IMG/VR virus record: IMGVR_UViG_3300023184_000025
Span: 62,001 to 126,000 of that record
DNA length: 64,000 nt
Reading direction: 5' to 3' (one strand)
Shown here in pieces: positions 47,646 to 57,350 of the stretch; positions within the stretch are counted from its first letter, which is position 1, and each line of letters opens with the position of its first letter. The position numbers and the translations under genes are program-made. The notes below the pieces were generated by a model, which worked only from the letters and a program-made list of their open reading frames with translations, was not told where the DNA came from and searched no databases.

Positions 47646-48240
47646 TGTGAATTTTATCAAGTTGGTTTTCTTTAAGTGGATCGTATGCGGTATGCGGTCT
47701 AAACACTTCTGATTCCATCATTGAATCAAACGTGTCTTTGCACTGATTATAATTTTTAATTAAAGTTTTAATATTATGTGGGGATTTTTGAGTTTCTTTT
47801 ATTTTTCTAATTGGAACAATGTTTAGTCTGTCAAATACCAGTTGATAGTTATTGATGAAATCTTCAAAATAAAAAATTTCTATGTTCTTATATAATTTTG
47901 CAGTTTCAGAAGTTGTGCAACTTTGTTGATACCACCGATGCCAATTAAACTGATATGCAAATTCTGAATCAGAGCCAGCACAATCAATATCAAATGGTTC
48001 TATAGTGTTTCCTGAATATTCAACATATTCGTTGGTTCGTTTGGCAATGCACATTGACAAAATAGATGCAAGAAGGTCTCTTCGGTCGCAAATTACTAAA
48101 ACTGAATTTTTATTGATAGTTGGTAATACCAGATCATGTGTATGTGTAACTTGGTGCCAGTCAACACAACATCCAATAAGTTTGCTTAAAAATATACTGC
48201 CGGTCCTGCCAGCAGATGTAACCAGGTACTCAACACTCAT
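47629..48240 (-). CDS. Sulfotransferase-like (Stf0-type) protein
   Basis: GRTGS PAPS loop, RRD...S, FEDF motifs. Confidence 0.65.
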   Translation of the reverse strand: MSVEYLVTSAGRTGSIFLSKLIGCCVDWHQVTHTHDLVLPTINKNSVLVICDRRDLLASILSMCIAKRTNEYVEYSGNTIEPFDIDCAGSDSEFAYQFNWHRWYQQSCTTSETAKLYKNIEIFYFEDFINNYQLVFDRLNIVPIRKIKETQKSPHNIKTLIKNYNQCKDTFDSMMESEVFRPHTAYDPLKENQLDKIHNDKIN

Positions 48241-48563
48241 TACACTCTAAAACTTTCTCCGCAACCGCAACGATCTCTTTCATTGGGATTGATAAAATCC
48301 ATGCCTTGTTTGAGACCATCGCTTTTCCATACCATGGTTAGTCCATTTAGATAAGGCATATCTTTTGGACTAACATAAACTTTAAAGCCGCTTGGATCTT
48401 CATAGTCTACTACATCATCCAGTGGGTTGTCAACAAATTCTACTCGATAGGCTAATCCACTACAGCCAGTGGTATGCACACTTATTCGTATTCCTAGACC
48501 TTTGCCTCGACTGACTAGTGCTTGTTGTATTTTTTCTGAGGCGTCATCAGATATATTAATCAT
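48240..48563 (-). CDS. iscA: Fe-S cluster carrier IscA
   Basis: GCSGLAY, CGCGESF motifs. Confidence 0.92.
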   Translation of the reverse strand: MINISDDASEKIQQALVSRGKGLGIRISVHTTGCSGLAYRVEFVDNPLDDVVDYEDPSGFKVYVSPKDMPYLNGLTMVWKSDGLKQGMDFINPNERDRCGCGESFRV

Positions 48564-49146
48564 TTTTAAAATAACCTCCGCAAGCAAAGCTAACACGTAA
48601 TATATCATCAACTACAGGGCCAAGTGGTTGATGCAGGCAAGAGCCGTTATGCCCCACTAGCTGGCCCGGCTCGGGCAAAATTCTCTCTGTGACATTTAAA
48701 TTGGTGTCATAATAGAGTAATGGGCCGCCCCAGCTTTGTTCCCAGGTTGGGTTTAAATAAATCACAGTTGATTCGTAGCTAGAAATATCATCTTCTAGGT
48801 CTCTATGAATTACATCATCCTGTCCTTTTGTTAGCCCGTTAATTACAAAATTAAATATTTGAAAATTTGGACCATATGCCTGCATAACTTTATTTAGAAT
48901 TGTAACCCAGATTGGAGATATGGTTGACTGCCAATTAGGCTGATTTATAAACCAGGTACTAGGGTCTGACTGTAATATTTTACCTGAGTAACTAGAAAAC
49001 ACTCGATAACGCCATACATTTTTAGTTACGCTGTTATCAAAAGAACACCTCTTAGAATATTGCCACTTTGGGATATTTTCAATTTCAGTCCAGGCCAGAT
49101 CTAATTCGTCTTTTGTTAAAAAATTTGGAATATTTCTTAAAATCAT
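48556..49146 (-). CDS. 2OG-Fe(II) oxygenase
   Basis: HRD, YLNPTW...WGG, H...R motifs. Confidence 0.8.
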   Translation of the reverse strand: MILRNIPNFLTKDELDLAWTEIENIPKWQYSKRCSFDNSVTKNVWRYRVFSSYSGKILQSDPSTWFINQPNWQSTISPIWVTILNKVMQAYGPNFQIFNFVINGLTKGQDDVIHRDLEDDISSYESTVIYLNPTWEQSWGGPLLYYDTNLNVTERILPEPGQLVGHNGSCLHQPLGPVVDDILRVSFACGGYFKND

Positions 49147-49529
49147 CTAGCATGTCTTTTTTTATAATCTTCTACAGCCGCTTTGATTGCGTCTTCTGCA
49201 AGAATAGAGCAGTGAATCTTAACAGGGGGCAGGGCTAGTTCTTCGGCAATTTCGGAATTTTTAAGTTGGCTGGCTTGGTTGATGTGCATGCCTTTGACCC
49301 ATTCTGTAACAAGGCTCGAGCTTGCAATAGCCGATCCGCAACCATACGTTTTGAATTTTGCATCTGTAATAATACCTGTATCATGATCAACCTTTATCTG
49401 TAATTTCATTACATCTCCGCAAGCAGGTGCGCCCACCATGCCGGTGCCCACATCTTCGTCGTCCTTTTCAAAGGAGCCCACGTTGCGGGGATTTTCGTAA
49501 TGATCAATTACCTTGTTTGAGTATGCCAT
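49143..49529 (-). CDS. iscU: Fe-S scaffold IscU
   Basis: GAPACGD, GCGSA, LPPVKIHC motifs. Confidence 0.97.
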   Translation of the reverse strand: MAYSNKVIDHYENPRNVGSFEKDDEDVGTGMVGAPACGDVMKLQIKVDHDTGIITDAKFKTYGCGSAIASSSLVTEWVKGMHINQASQLKNSEIAEELALPPVKIHCSILAEDAIKAAVEDYKKRHAR

Positions 49530-49537
49530 GTGATTTC

Positions 49538-49657
49538 CTAATTCATTATTCCGTGGGCTATGCACCATAGCTCTAAACTTATCTTATACAATAAGTATGT
49601 GCTGAGTAATCCTGTTAGCAACAACAAGATCTTGTTTTGTAATAACTTTGTTGTCAT
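49538..49657 (-). CDS. Small TM protein
   Basis: ATGA overlap; hydrophobic. Confidence 0.5.
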   Translation of the reverse strand: MTTKLLQNKILLLLTGLLSTYLLYKISLELWCIAHGIMN

Positions 49658-49965
49658 TGAGTGCAAGTCCGTGTGCGTGTGATTGTTCCGTCTGCGTGTT
49701 GTGTTTCTGTCCAAGGTGTACAATTTTGTTGCACAACCACTGGAGGATTTTGTACAATTACAGGCGGTTGAACAATAACCTGCTGTTGTTTGGCAATTTC
49801 ATAACCTATTACACCTGTTACAACAGGTGCAACCCACCACCCGATACCTGGACCACGATAATATCCATGATGATGGTGACTATAACGAATGCCGTTTCCA
49901 TGATGTTGTGCCAATGCCGGCAATGTTGCACAGGTTAATGCCAGGGTGATGAATAATTTTTTCAT
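49654..49965 (-). CDS. Secreted His/Pro/Val-rich small protein
   Basis: Signal peptide ending ALA; QPPVIVQNPPVVV. Confidence 0.7.
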   Translation of the reverse strand: MKKLFITLALTCATLPALAQHHGNGIRYSHHHHGYYRGPGIGWWVAPVVTGVIGYEIAKQQQVIVQPPVIVQNPPVVVQQNCTPWTETQHADGTITRTRTCTQ

Positions 49966-49990
49966 AACATTTCTCCGAAAGTATTATAAT

Positions 49991-50020
49991 ATAACGCCTT
50001 AGAACTGTTATTAGTTTACA
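49991..50020 (-). promoter_or_regulatory. Putative ECF-sigma promoter TGTAAAC-N17-CGTT
   Basis: Matches 4039-4068. Confidence 0.5.
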
Positions 50021-50046
50021 GGATTTAACTGATTAAGTCAAGTCTT

Positions 50047-50382
50047 TTATAAACCTTTTTTGTTCAAAGCTCGTTTGGCCATTTTGTCAACTGTGTCTCT
50101 AGCCTTGTCTACGGACATGGTAGAGTCTGGAACTTGTGCTCCTGCAAAAACGATGTCGTTGCCCTGAATATTATCTATTAGATTACTAAGGGGAGGTTGT
50201 TGTATTGCTGTTATCAATTGATCCTTACTAAGACTAATTCCCATACTTTGGGCTAATCTTAAAAAGGCATCAACTGATATTTGTTTTTGGGCGTTGGTGT
50301 CACCCGCACGTCCAATTAAAAATTGTGTTAACGCTTCGAGTTCTGAATTGTTAACACCTTGTTCAATCTCGTCTAGTCGCAT
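50047..50382 (-). CDS. Putative head-associated protein
   Basis: MRLDEIE N-terminus; TAATG overlap. Confidence 0.6.
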   Translation of the reverse strand: MRLDEIEQGVNNSELEALTQFLIGRAGDTNAQKQISVDAFLRLAQSMGISLSKDQLITAIQQPPLSNLIDNIQGNDIVFAGAQVPDSTMSVDKARDTVDKMAKRALNKKGL

Positions 50383-51287
50383 TATCGACGATCACGACCC
50401 AACGACGACGCTGGAGGTAAATCATCTTCGGCAGCGTCGACATCTAGGTCGGCAGCATCTGCGTCAAGATCAGCGGCATCGCCATCTAGGTCAGCACCAG
50501 CATCAAGATCGGCAGCTGGGTCAGCGGCTAAATCTTCTTCGCCAGGAACAACAGGTGCTTGTCCAGTTAATACGGCTTGGGCGCCTTCAAGTTGAGTTTT
50601 GCCTGCTTGCACAGCACCCAGCAATGTGCTCAATGCGGCTGTGGCATCAGCTTGGAACTTGGTGGCTTGATCAATCCCCATGTCGTTACGAATGCTGTCA
50701 GTCAATGCTGGTAAGTCTTTGAACTGCATTTCAGATATCTGTTCAAGCATTTTTTGAATCTGGTCAACCATGTCCTGTGCGGCTAGCACAACTTGAGCTT
50801 GTTGAATTTCGCTTTCTCTTAATCGACGTTTTGCAATTCTTGTTGTCTCTGCCATGCCTAAATTAGGTTGGCTTATTTGCTTCTGAATATTACGAACCTG
50901 TTCCTGCGCTGCCTTCAGTTGATCTTGTAGAGCTTTTTTCTGCTTGGCAATTTGAGCAGCCTGCTGTGCAGGGTTAACTGCTGGCTGACCAGGAACAGCG
51001 CCTGGAGCAGTAGGTGCAGTACCTGGTGTTGGAGGAATTTCCTCTGACAGTCTACTAGCAAGTCCTTGCTCAAGCATGATTAGCTTTAGGTAAGCAGGCT
51101 GTCTTTCACTCTTGTGAAAAGCAGGAGTGCGTTGATGCTCTTTGATTAGGTTTCTAACCTGTGTGAGCATCTGGCGTGTTTGGCCAGTGTTTAACCGGTC
51201 AAAGTGTACAGAATAACCTAAACGGTTTTCAAGTACCTTTTCGGTCTGTTTTGAAATTCGACGTGCGTCCAGTTCTTGCAGTTTCAT
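50382..51287 (-). CDS. Putative prohead core/scaffold-like protein
   Basis: Coiled coils, LxE sites, acidic DLDA repeats; TAAATA 51311-51316. Confidence 0.5.
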   Translation of the reverse strand: MKLQELDARRISKQTEKVLENRLGYSVHFDRLNTGQTRQMLTQVRNLIKEHQRTPAFHKSERQPAYLKLIMLEQGLASRLSEEIPPTPGTAPTAPGAVPGQPAVNPAQQAAQIAKQKKALQDQLKAAQEQVRNIQKQISQPNLGMAETTRIAKRRLRESEIQQAQVVLAAQDMVDQIQKMLEQISEMQFKDLPALTDSIRNDMGIDQATKFQADATAALSTLLGAVQAGKTQLEGAQAVLTGQAPVVPGEEDLAADPAADLDAGADLDGDAADLDADAADLDVDAAEDDLPPASSLGRDRR

Positions 51288-51756
51288 TATTGAATCCTCT
51301 AATTTGCCAGTATTTAGCCAGATTTACACATTTGTCTAGCTGTTCTTTTATAGATACTATGTGCATCTTTTTGCTTTGAACTTTAAGATATGCAATTTCT
51401 CTATGATTTTGATCTTTAAAACTTCGAGCCAGCAATTCACGAACGCCGACATCTCTAGATAAATGTGTGAGTTTTTCATCTAGCATTTTTATAGTATTAG
51501 ATAAGGTATACTGATTGTACTTGTCTGAAATGCACCAACTAATAGCATGGCGCATTACTGAAAATTCTCCACAGACAGTATCTCTTATTTTAACTACAAA
51601 TACGTTGTTTTCTTTAAAGATAAAGTATTTGTCAAACACCTGGTATTGATTGTTTCCTTCTAATGGAATAATCATATTGGTTTTCAACGAATCCAGGTCA
51701 GGCTGGACTAGTTGCTCAAGACGAACCAGTGCGTTTTTTATTGTTTGTTTTTTCAT
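51229..51756 (-). CDS. Hypothetical protein
   Basis: 175-aa ORF. Confidence 0.65.
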   Translation of the reverse strand: MKKQTIKNALVRLEQLVQPDLDSLKTNMIIPLEGNNQYQVFDKYFIFKENNVFVVKIRDTVCGEFSVMRHAISWCISDKYNQYTLSNTIKMLDEKLTHLSRDVGVRELLARSFKDQNHREIAYLKVQSKKMHIVSIKEQLDKCVNLAKYWQIRGFNNETARTGRTSNFKTDRKGT

Positions 51757-52013
51757 TTAAGTATATACTGTGTCACTAACCAAGCCACTGTGGCAGTTAG
51801 TGTCCCAATAATTCCTAAGCCCCAATTGATCAACTGAGTGTTTCGTTTTTCTGCCATTGACTGAACCATGGCATGCATTTCTTTAATGTCATTTTTAATT
51901 TCGTCGATGCAAACAATCATGCTGTCTATACGAATTTCCAATGCATTGTAGCGTTCTGCGCACAGTTCAACGTGTGCTTCTAAACTTTTCTTTTCAATAT
52001 CAGTTGTATCCAT
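51753..52013 (-). CDS. Coiled-coil protein with C-terminal TM
   Basis: LEAHVELCAERY motif plus TM. Confidence 0.65.
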   Translation of the reverse strand: MDTTDIEKKSLEAHVELCAERYNALEIRIDSMIVCIDEIKNDIKEMHAMVQSMAEKRNTQLINWGLGIIGTLTATVAWLVTQYILK

Positions 52014-52031
52014 GATTGTTTCCCCAATACG

Positions 52032-52457
52032 TTATTTATTGTGTGCAGACTCAAAAACAATGTTTGTTCTAGGGATTAACACACCATCAAATCTATCTGT
52101 TTCTTCTAAGTTAACCAACATAGGAACACCGTTGCAGTCGTAGTATAGTGCGCCTACACTATCGTTGCCTAATTGTAAGGCAGTTGGTTGTTCAACTGTG
52201 AATTCAAATTCCCAGATCTTTTTTCCATCTTCTATCACTGTCACAGGATCAGTAATGTCTACAGGAGAGGTTCTAAGACTAATGATTTGATTAACTGTTT
52301 CCCAGTTTCTCTGTTGATTTCTAGCATGATGCCAATCAGTCTGATTATTAACAGTTGTACCTGTTTTTGTTGTTAACGGTATCTGTGAGGATTTAAAATG
52401 ACTTTTTATACCAGTTGGCGTAATGTCAAAATACGTATAACATCTTAATCTTATCAT
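52032..52457 (-). CDS. Hypothetical protein (FDITPTG...RNQQRNWET)
   Basis: TAAATA 4 nt before MIRLRC. Confidence 0.7.
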   Translation of the reverse strand: MIRLRCYTYFDITPTGIKSHFKSSQIPLTTKTGTTVNNQTDWHHARNQQRNWETVNQIISLRTSPVDITDPVTVIEDGKKIWEFEFTVEQPTALQLGNDSVGALYYDCNGVPMLVNLEETDRFDGVLIPRTNIVFESAHNK

Positions 52458-52473
52458 ATGGTATTTAACGGCC

Positions 52474-52501
52474 AAAAAAAACCCTGGAATAAATCCAGGG
52501 T
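52474..52501 (-). terminator. Intrinsic terminator
   Basis: ACCCTGGA/TCCAGGGT stem plus U run. Confidence 0.75.
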
Positions 52502-52523
52502 AGTTTTACACGGTGAGTGTTGA

Positions 52524-52994
52524 TTAGGCCAACTTGAAGCCTGGGTTAGTAACAAGTGTGCCGCTAACGTTAACACCAGTCACTGTACCATCGCTGGCTG
52601 TGATCTGGATGTTGCCAAGAGCTTGCAATTGTGTCTGCAATGTGCCAGCAGTATAAGCGCCACTTGGGTAAATAGCGTAGCTGATTTGACCGTTTGAAGC
52701 GTCGCCTTCTACTTGGTAGATAGCAATAGTAGATGTAGTCTGGATCGACTGGTTGAGTTGAACAACAACACCTGGATTGAATACTGTACCGCCGCCACTG
52801 TAGTTACCCAGTTGTGGACGCAGATCGATTGCTGTAGCTGAGCCGTCTTTAACTAGAACTTTGAAAAAGTCTAGCTTTGGACCTTGCATCTGCACTAGTG
52901 CATCAGCTGAAATTGTACCAGTCTGTGGACCGTTGTTAATGTCTAACGCAAATACCGGTTGCGCATCACCGTTGAATGGTGGAAAATATGCCAT
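52524..52994 (-). CDS. Putative abundant virion structural protein
   Basis: TAAATA, strong SD, own terminator, G/T/A/N-rich. Confidence 0.55.
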   Translation of the reverse strand: MAYFPPFNGDAQPVFALDINNGPQTGTISADALVQMQGPKLDFFKVLVKDGSATAIDLRPQLGNYSGGGTVFNPGVVVQLNQSIQTTSTIAIYQVEGDASNGQISYAIYPSGAYTAGTLQTQLQALGNIQITASDGTVTGVNVSGTLVTNPGFKLA

Positions 52995-53063
52995 TTTAAA
53001 ATCTCCTTATGTTTGTGGCCTTGTTGGGCCTGCTTTTATTTATGTCAAATCGGAAAAAATGGC

Positions 53064-55016
53064 TTATCTGGGATTGTTTTGTTGGGCGTTACCAGCTGAA
53101 AAAACGCCGCGGTTTACCAGCTTAACCAGGCCGTGAGGTGTGTTAACCACAAACCCTTCGCCTTCGGCTTTACCAGCTGTGGTTTGTTTTAATCCATTCA
53201 CTTGTTGTTCAAGCTGTTGCGCCATGCCAAGCTTGGCATTATAAATGCCGTCCCAAATTTGTTGTAGGCCTGTGTATGCAGGACTGGGAACAATTTTACC
53301 TGCTCGATCTAAAGTGAACAATTTGCCTGGCAGGTTGTCAGTTTTAGCATTGTATTGTCCTTGAACATCCGGATTGCCAGCCACTAACTCAGCATATTGT
53401 TTGCCGCTGGTATTGACTTTGAGCCAGTTGTGTAGGCTCAGCGTTGTGCCGCCAATGATGCGCTGATTGAAATAGGTCTGAATTCTCTGTCTGACAGATC
53501 CAGGAAGCGAGTTCAGCAATTCGTCTACTGCCGTGCCGTATGTGGATACTGCTTTTTTGGCCGCTGAAAGATTGGGCTTAGACAGTTTGAATTTTGTGCC
53601 CAGAGTTGGTGTTAATATAGCCACACCACCCGGTACATTCTCTAATCCTTGTCCATCCCATACTTGTGCTGTTTTATCACCCAGCTTGTTAAAGTGTTGA
53701 TGCACAACAATGCCTCCCGACTTGCCATTGATAATTTGTCCTTCGGGGCTGTTGGCTGGGATAGAATATTGAACCAAATTGGGTCTGAACTGGTATTCAC
53801 CGCTGGTGGGTGTTAGCTTGCCAGCCCACAACAAATCCCCCCAGTAAAATCCTGAGCCTTTGGTAGCCGCATCTAGGCCAGGCCAAATAGCTTTTAACTT
53901 AGGGTATAAATCTGTTCTTAAATTGCCACTTTTCTTTTGTTGATCGTATTTGATCCAATCTTCAGGGCTTTGTGCGGCATAGCCAGCGTCGAACATGTAC
54001 TTGTCCATCACAGACAGACGTCCATTGGGCAAGCGACCAAAGACCAATGCAGGTTTACCGTCCCATTTGATTGTGATATTTTTGTCATTGCTGGCGGCAG
54101 CTTCTAGGCCTTGTATGGCTCGAGATGCGGCTTGGCTATTGCCCATAAAGAAAGCATCTTCGGGGTGCGGAATTCTTGGATCTTTCTTGGCAGGCATTGT
54201 TGTGTCGGCTTCAACCAAGGGTTGCATGCCTTGATTAACAATTCTGTCACGAAGTTTTGCAATAAAACTCACATCACTTTCTTGCACTTGCCCTGGCTCT
54301 TGTAAGCCGTCTCTGGTTAGGTATTCTCTAAAGTCCTGTAACTTGGCTTCACGGTCAGGATCTTTGGACAATGCGGTATAGATGTTTTCAACTGTGGACA
54401 AATCTTTAATAGTAGCTGTAGGGCCAAGTAAAATTTTTGCCGCTTGATCAGGATCCAGAGTTAACACATTTTCTGTGGCACGACTAATGATTCCTTTGGC
54501 ACTGGCCTTAAGTCCCAATGCTTTGGCCACGCTACTCATCAAGACATTTCTATACATGCCTTTGTATTCTGAACCGGCGCCTCCACCTAACCAAAAAGTA
54601 CCCCAATTGAGATTGGGCATTAACATAAAGTCCGTTTGCACAAATCCTTTTGTTGGATCTCCTGCAATAGGAGTTTTAAAATGTACTGCTTCGCCGCTTA
54701 ATTTTACCCATTCTTTTGGGTCTTGTTTCATTTTAATAATGAACTGGTCTAGATTTGCTTTTAACTGTGGTTTACTGATTTCGTTGCTATCAACTGCAAG
54801 GTCCAGGTCACCAGATGTGGGTTTTTTTCCTGTACTGCCCAGCCAGCGTCGCGGATATCCAGTGGATGGATCTTTGTCGTCGCTTAGATCAAGACCTGTG
54901 ACTCCTTCTAACCATTTAATGGTTGCCGGAACATCACTTTGACTGATACGCTGTGTTAATGGCTGACCCTGTGCATCTTTAAACACGTTGCCGCCTTCTA
55001 GCAACCTGTTGATCAT
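53064..55016 (-). CDS. Nucleotidyltransferase + ligase-like (KWDG) fusion protein
   Basis: LGSTG...GDLDLAVD; HPED, IKWDGKPA, EGFV, VKLVNR motifs. Confidence 0.65.
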   Translation of the reverse strand: MINRLLEGGNVFKDAQGQPLTQRISQSDVPATIKWLEGVTGLDLSDDKDPSTGYPRRWLGSTGKKPTSGDLDLAVDSNEISKPQLKANLDQFIIKMKQDPKEWVKLSGEAVHFKTPIAGDPTKGFVQTDFMLMPNLNWGTFWLGGGAGSEYKGMYRNVLMSSVAKALGLKASAKGIISRATENVLTLDPDQAAKILLGPTATIKDLSTVENIYTALSKDPDREAKLQDFREYLTRDGLQEPGQVQESDVSFIAKLRDRIVNQGMQPLVEADTTMPAKKDPRIPHPEDAFFMGNSQAASRAIQGLEAAASNDKNITIKWDGKPALVFGRLPNGRLSVMDKYMFDAGYAAQSPEDWIKYDQQKKSGNLRTDLYPKLKAIWPGLDAATKGSGFYWGDLLWAGKLTPTSGEYQFRPNLVQYSIPANSPEGQIINGKSGGIVVHQHFNKLGDKTAQVWDGQGLENVPGGVAILTPTLGTKFKLSKPNLSAAKKAVSTYGTAVDELLNSLPGSVRQRIQTYFNQRIIGGTTLSLHNWLKVNTSGKQYAELVAGNPDVQGQYNAKTDNLPGKLFTLDRAGKIVPSPAYTGLQQIWDGIYNAKLGMAQQLEQQVNGLKQTTAGKAEGEGFVVNTPHGLVKLVNRGVFSAGNAQQNNPR

Positions 55017-55978
55017 TTTTTACCTTTAGATTCAACCACTGCTATTTTTTTCTTTTTCTTGACTCTACTCTCTTTTAAGTCAGTACCTCCTGTGCGCATC
55101 CACATATTTCGTATGGCTGATCTCACAGCTGGAGAGCCAGTGGATCCATCAGCATCTGCAAACTCATCAAACATCTTGGTAATCTTTTCTGCAAACTCAT
55201 TTGAATTTGGTTTTACTGGTGCTGCCGGGGCAGACGCAGGTTCAGGAGTTGTGCCGCCTGCCATTTGTTGCTGTGCGGCATTAGCGGCAGCGGTTTGCTT
55301 TTGTTGTCTAATTTGTGCAGGTGTTTGTGCTGGTGTAATAGTTGGATTAGGCGCCATTTGTTGCTGTGCAGTGGTGGCAGCAGCCGCTTGCTTTTGTTGT
55401 CTAATTTGTGCAGGTGTTGGTTGAGCAGGTGTTGGTGTTGTTGCTGGAGTAGTAGCCGGTGGTGTTGTTGCTGGTGGCGTTGCTGGAGTAGTAGCCGGAG
55501 TAGTAGCTGGTGGCGTTGCTGGATTATTTCCGCCGCGTTGACCTTTGGGTTGTCTTTGTTGCATACGTGCGGCACTAGTTCTGACAGCCAACGACTGAAA
55601 TGCCGCAGGTAACTCCTTGGGAGCATTTTTCTTAGATGCAACATACTGAATAGCCTGATCTACCCGAGCCTTGCTGGTCGGGTCAAGTTGACTCATTTGA
55701 CCACCTAACATAACTTTGTTAACAAAATCTGAAAGGTTAGCAGTATATTCCTGATCACTAATAGGTTGTCCCATATTAGCACGTTGCAGATTCACGGTCT
55801 TGTTAATCCAATTTTGGGAGGCAACCTGTGCCAATTTTTTCATTGACTCGTCGTTTTGCATGGCTTTGATTTTTTGATCGTAGCTCATGTTTGCCAATGC
55901 AGGATCTCGGCTCACAGCCGCTTTTAAATAATCCATAACACCTGCTTCGGTAAGTTTTGTTAGCTCATGAATCTGCAT
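55013..55978 (-). CDS. Putative head-associated protein with Pro/Ala/Thr/Gln repeats
   Basis: MQIHELTKLTE N-terminus; internal repeats. Confidence 0.6.
   Translation of the reverse strand: MQIHELTKLTEAGVMDYLKAAVSRDPALANMSYDQKIKAMQNDESMKKLAQVASQNWINKTVNLQRANMGQPISDQEYTANLSDFVNKVMLGGQMSQLDPTSKARVDQAIQYVASKKNAPKELPAAFQSLAVRTSAARMQQRQPKGQRGGNNPATPPATTPATTPATPPATTPPATTPATTPTPAQPTPAQIRQQKQAAAATTAQQQMAPNPTITPAQTPAQIRQQKQTAAANAAQQQMAGGTTPEPASAPAAPVKPNSNEFAEKITKMFDEFADADGSTGSPAVRSAIRNMWMRTGGTDLKESRVKKKKKIAVVESKGKK
55260..55525. repeat. Coding repeats: 2 x ~66 bp at 93-bp period plus PATT array
   Basis: TPAQIRQQKQ.AAA..AQQQMA twice; PATT/PATP tandem. Confidence 0.85.
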
Positions 55979-56225
55979 TTGTTCTTCTCACTGTTCTAGT
56001 AAATTTACTTGGGTCTTTGTCCCTTATTGCATTGAACAGTTTGCGAACTAGATTTTCTGACTGCTCAGGCGTAAATGATGACTCAATTTGTTCAATCAAT
56101 CTTATAGCTGATGCTATAACATGGTCAGCGCGGCTTTCAATGATATAGCGTTTATCCTGATCTTTATGTCGATCATTGTATAAACCATCTAATTCTTCAA
56201 GAATACTACGTGTTTTCTTTTGCAT
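55965..56225 (-). CDS. Hypothetical protein
   Basis: TAAATA 56249-56254. Confidence 0.7.
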   Translation of the reverse strand: MQKKTRSILEELDGLYNDRHKDQDKRYIIESRADHVIASAIRLIEQIESSFTPEQSENLVRKLFNAIRDKDPSKFTRTVRRTNADS

Positions 56226-56288
56226 AATTTGCTCAGGACCTTTAATATTATTTATTTGATTATAACATAGTTTGTCTGTAAATACAAT

Positions 56289-57350
56289 ATGGATACATTT
56301 TGCGTATTACCGTGGTTTAGCAAAGAAATTGACTATAACCACAACGAAACACCGTGTTGTTTATTGCCCAAGAATCACAATCTTGAAGAAATTAAAAAAG
56401 ACTTATTATCTGGTCAACAATCATCTGCTTGTCAAAAATGCTGGTCATTGGAAGATCAAGGTTTAAAAAGTGATCGTCAAGTTAAAAACGAATCTTTAGA
56501 TTTTTATTGGGATAAAGACTTAACAAAAATCATGGAGGATGCCACACACGGTATTACTCCTACACGCATACTAAAATTAACAACCAGTTATACTTGTAAT
56601 GCTACCTGTGTAAGCTGTGGCGCTGGTGCAAGCAGTAGCTGGGCACAACTTGATCGTCGCACAGATCCAACTATACCAATTAAAAAATACAAATTCATTG
56701 ACATAGAAAAAATCAAGCAAGGTGTAGATTTTAAAGAATTAAAAATGCTAAGTTTGCTCGGCGGTGAACCACTGTACGAAAAGAAAAACTTTGACCTGCT
56801 AGAACATTTGCTCGATACAGGCAACGATCAACTATTTGTAAGTATGATAACAAACGGAAGTGTTGTACTGTCAGATAAACAAAAAAGAATACTGTCAAAA
56901 TTTAAAAATCTTAATTTTTCTCTCAGTATTGACGGAGTTGGACCAGTTTTTGAATATCTTAGATTTCCGTTAAAATGGGATCAGTTGATTCAGAATCTTC
57001 AATTCTTTAAAGAAATTTCTGAGAATGTTAGTTCAAATTATACATTAAGTAATTTGAATTTATTGTACCATAATCAAACAAAACAATGGTTTGATCAAAA
57101 TCATATAGTATATTCTGTAAATCCAATTTATAAACCAGTTTGGTTACAGCCAAGATCGTTGACATCAAGTATCAAACAGGTGCTTAAAGAAAAACTCAGC
57201 CCAATGGATTATAACATGTTTGTGGGAGTAGTACACACAGATCAAGACCAACAAAATTTTAATTTAATGTTGGAAAATATCAAATTACAAGACTCTTCAA
57301 AAAATATTTTAATTAAAGATTATTTGCCTGAACTTGTTAACCTGTTTTAA
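56289..57350 (+). CDS. Radical SAM protein with N-terminal Cys cluster
   Basis: CNATCVSC, GGEP, TNG, SIDG motifs. Confidence 0.85.
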   Translation: MDTFCVLPWFSKEIDYNHNETPCCLLPKNHNLEEIKKDLLSGQQSSACQKCWSLEDQGLKSDRQVKNESLDFYWDKDLTKIMEDATHGITPTRILKLTTSYTCNATCVSCGAGASSSWAQLDRRTDPTIPIKKYKFIDIEKIKQGVDFKELKMLSLLGGEPLYEKKNFDLLEHLLDTGNDQLFVSMITNGSVVLSDKQKRILSKFKNLNFSLSIDGVGPVFEYLRFPLKWDQLIQNLQFFKEISENVSSNYTLSNLNLLYHNQTKQWFDQNHIVYSVNPIYKPVWLQPRSLTSSIKQVLKEKLSPMDYNMFVGVVHTDQDQQNFNLMLENIKLQDSSKNILIKDYLPELVNLF

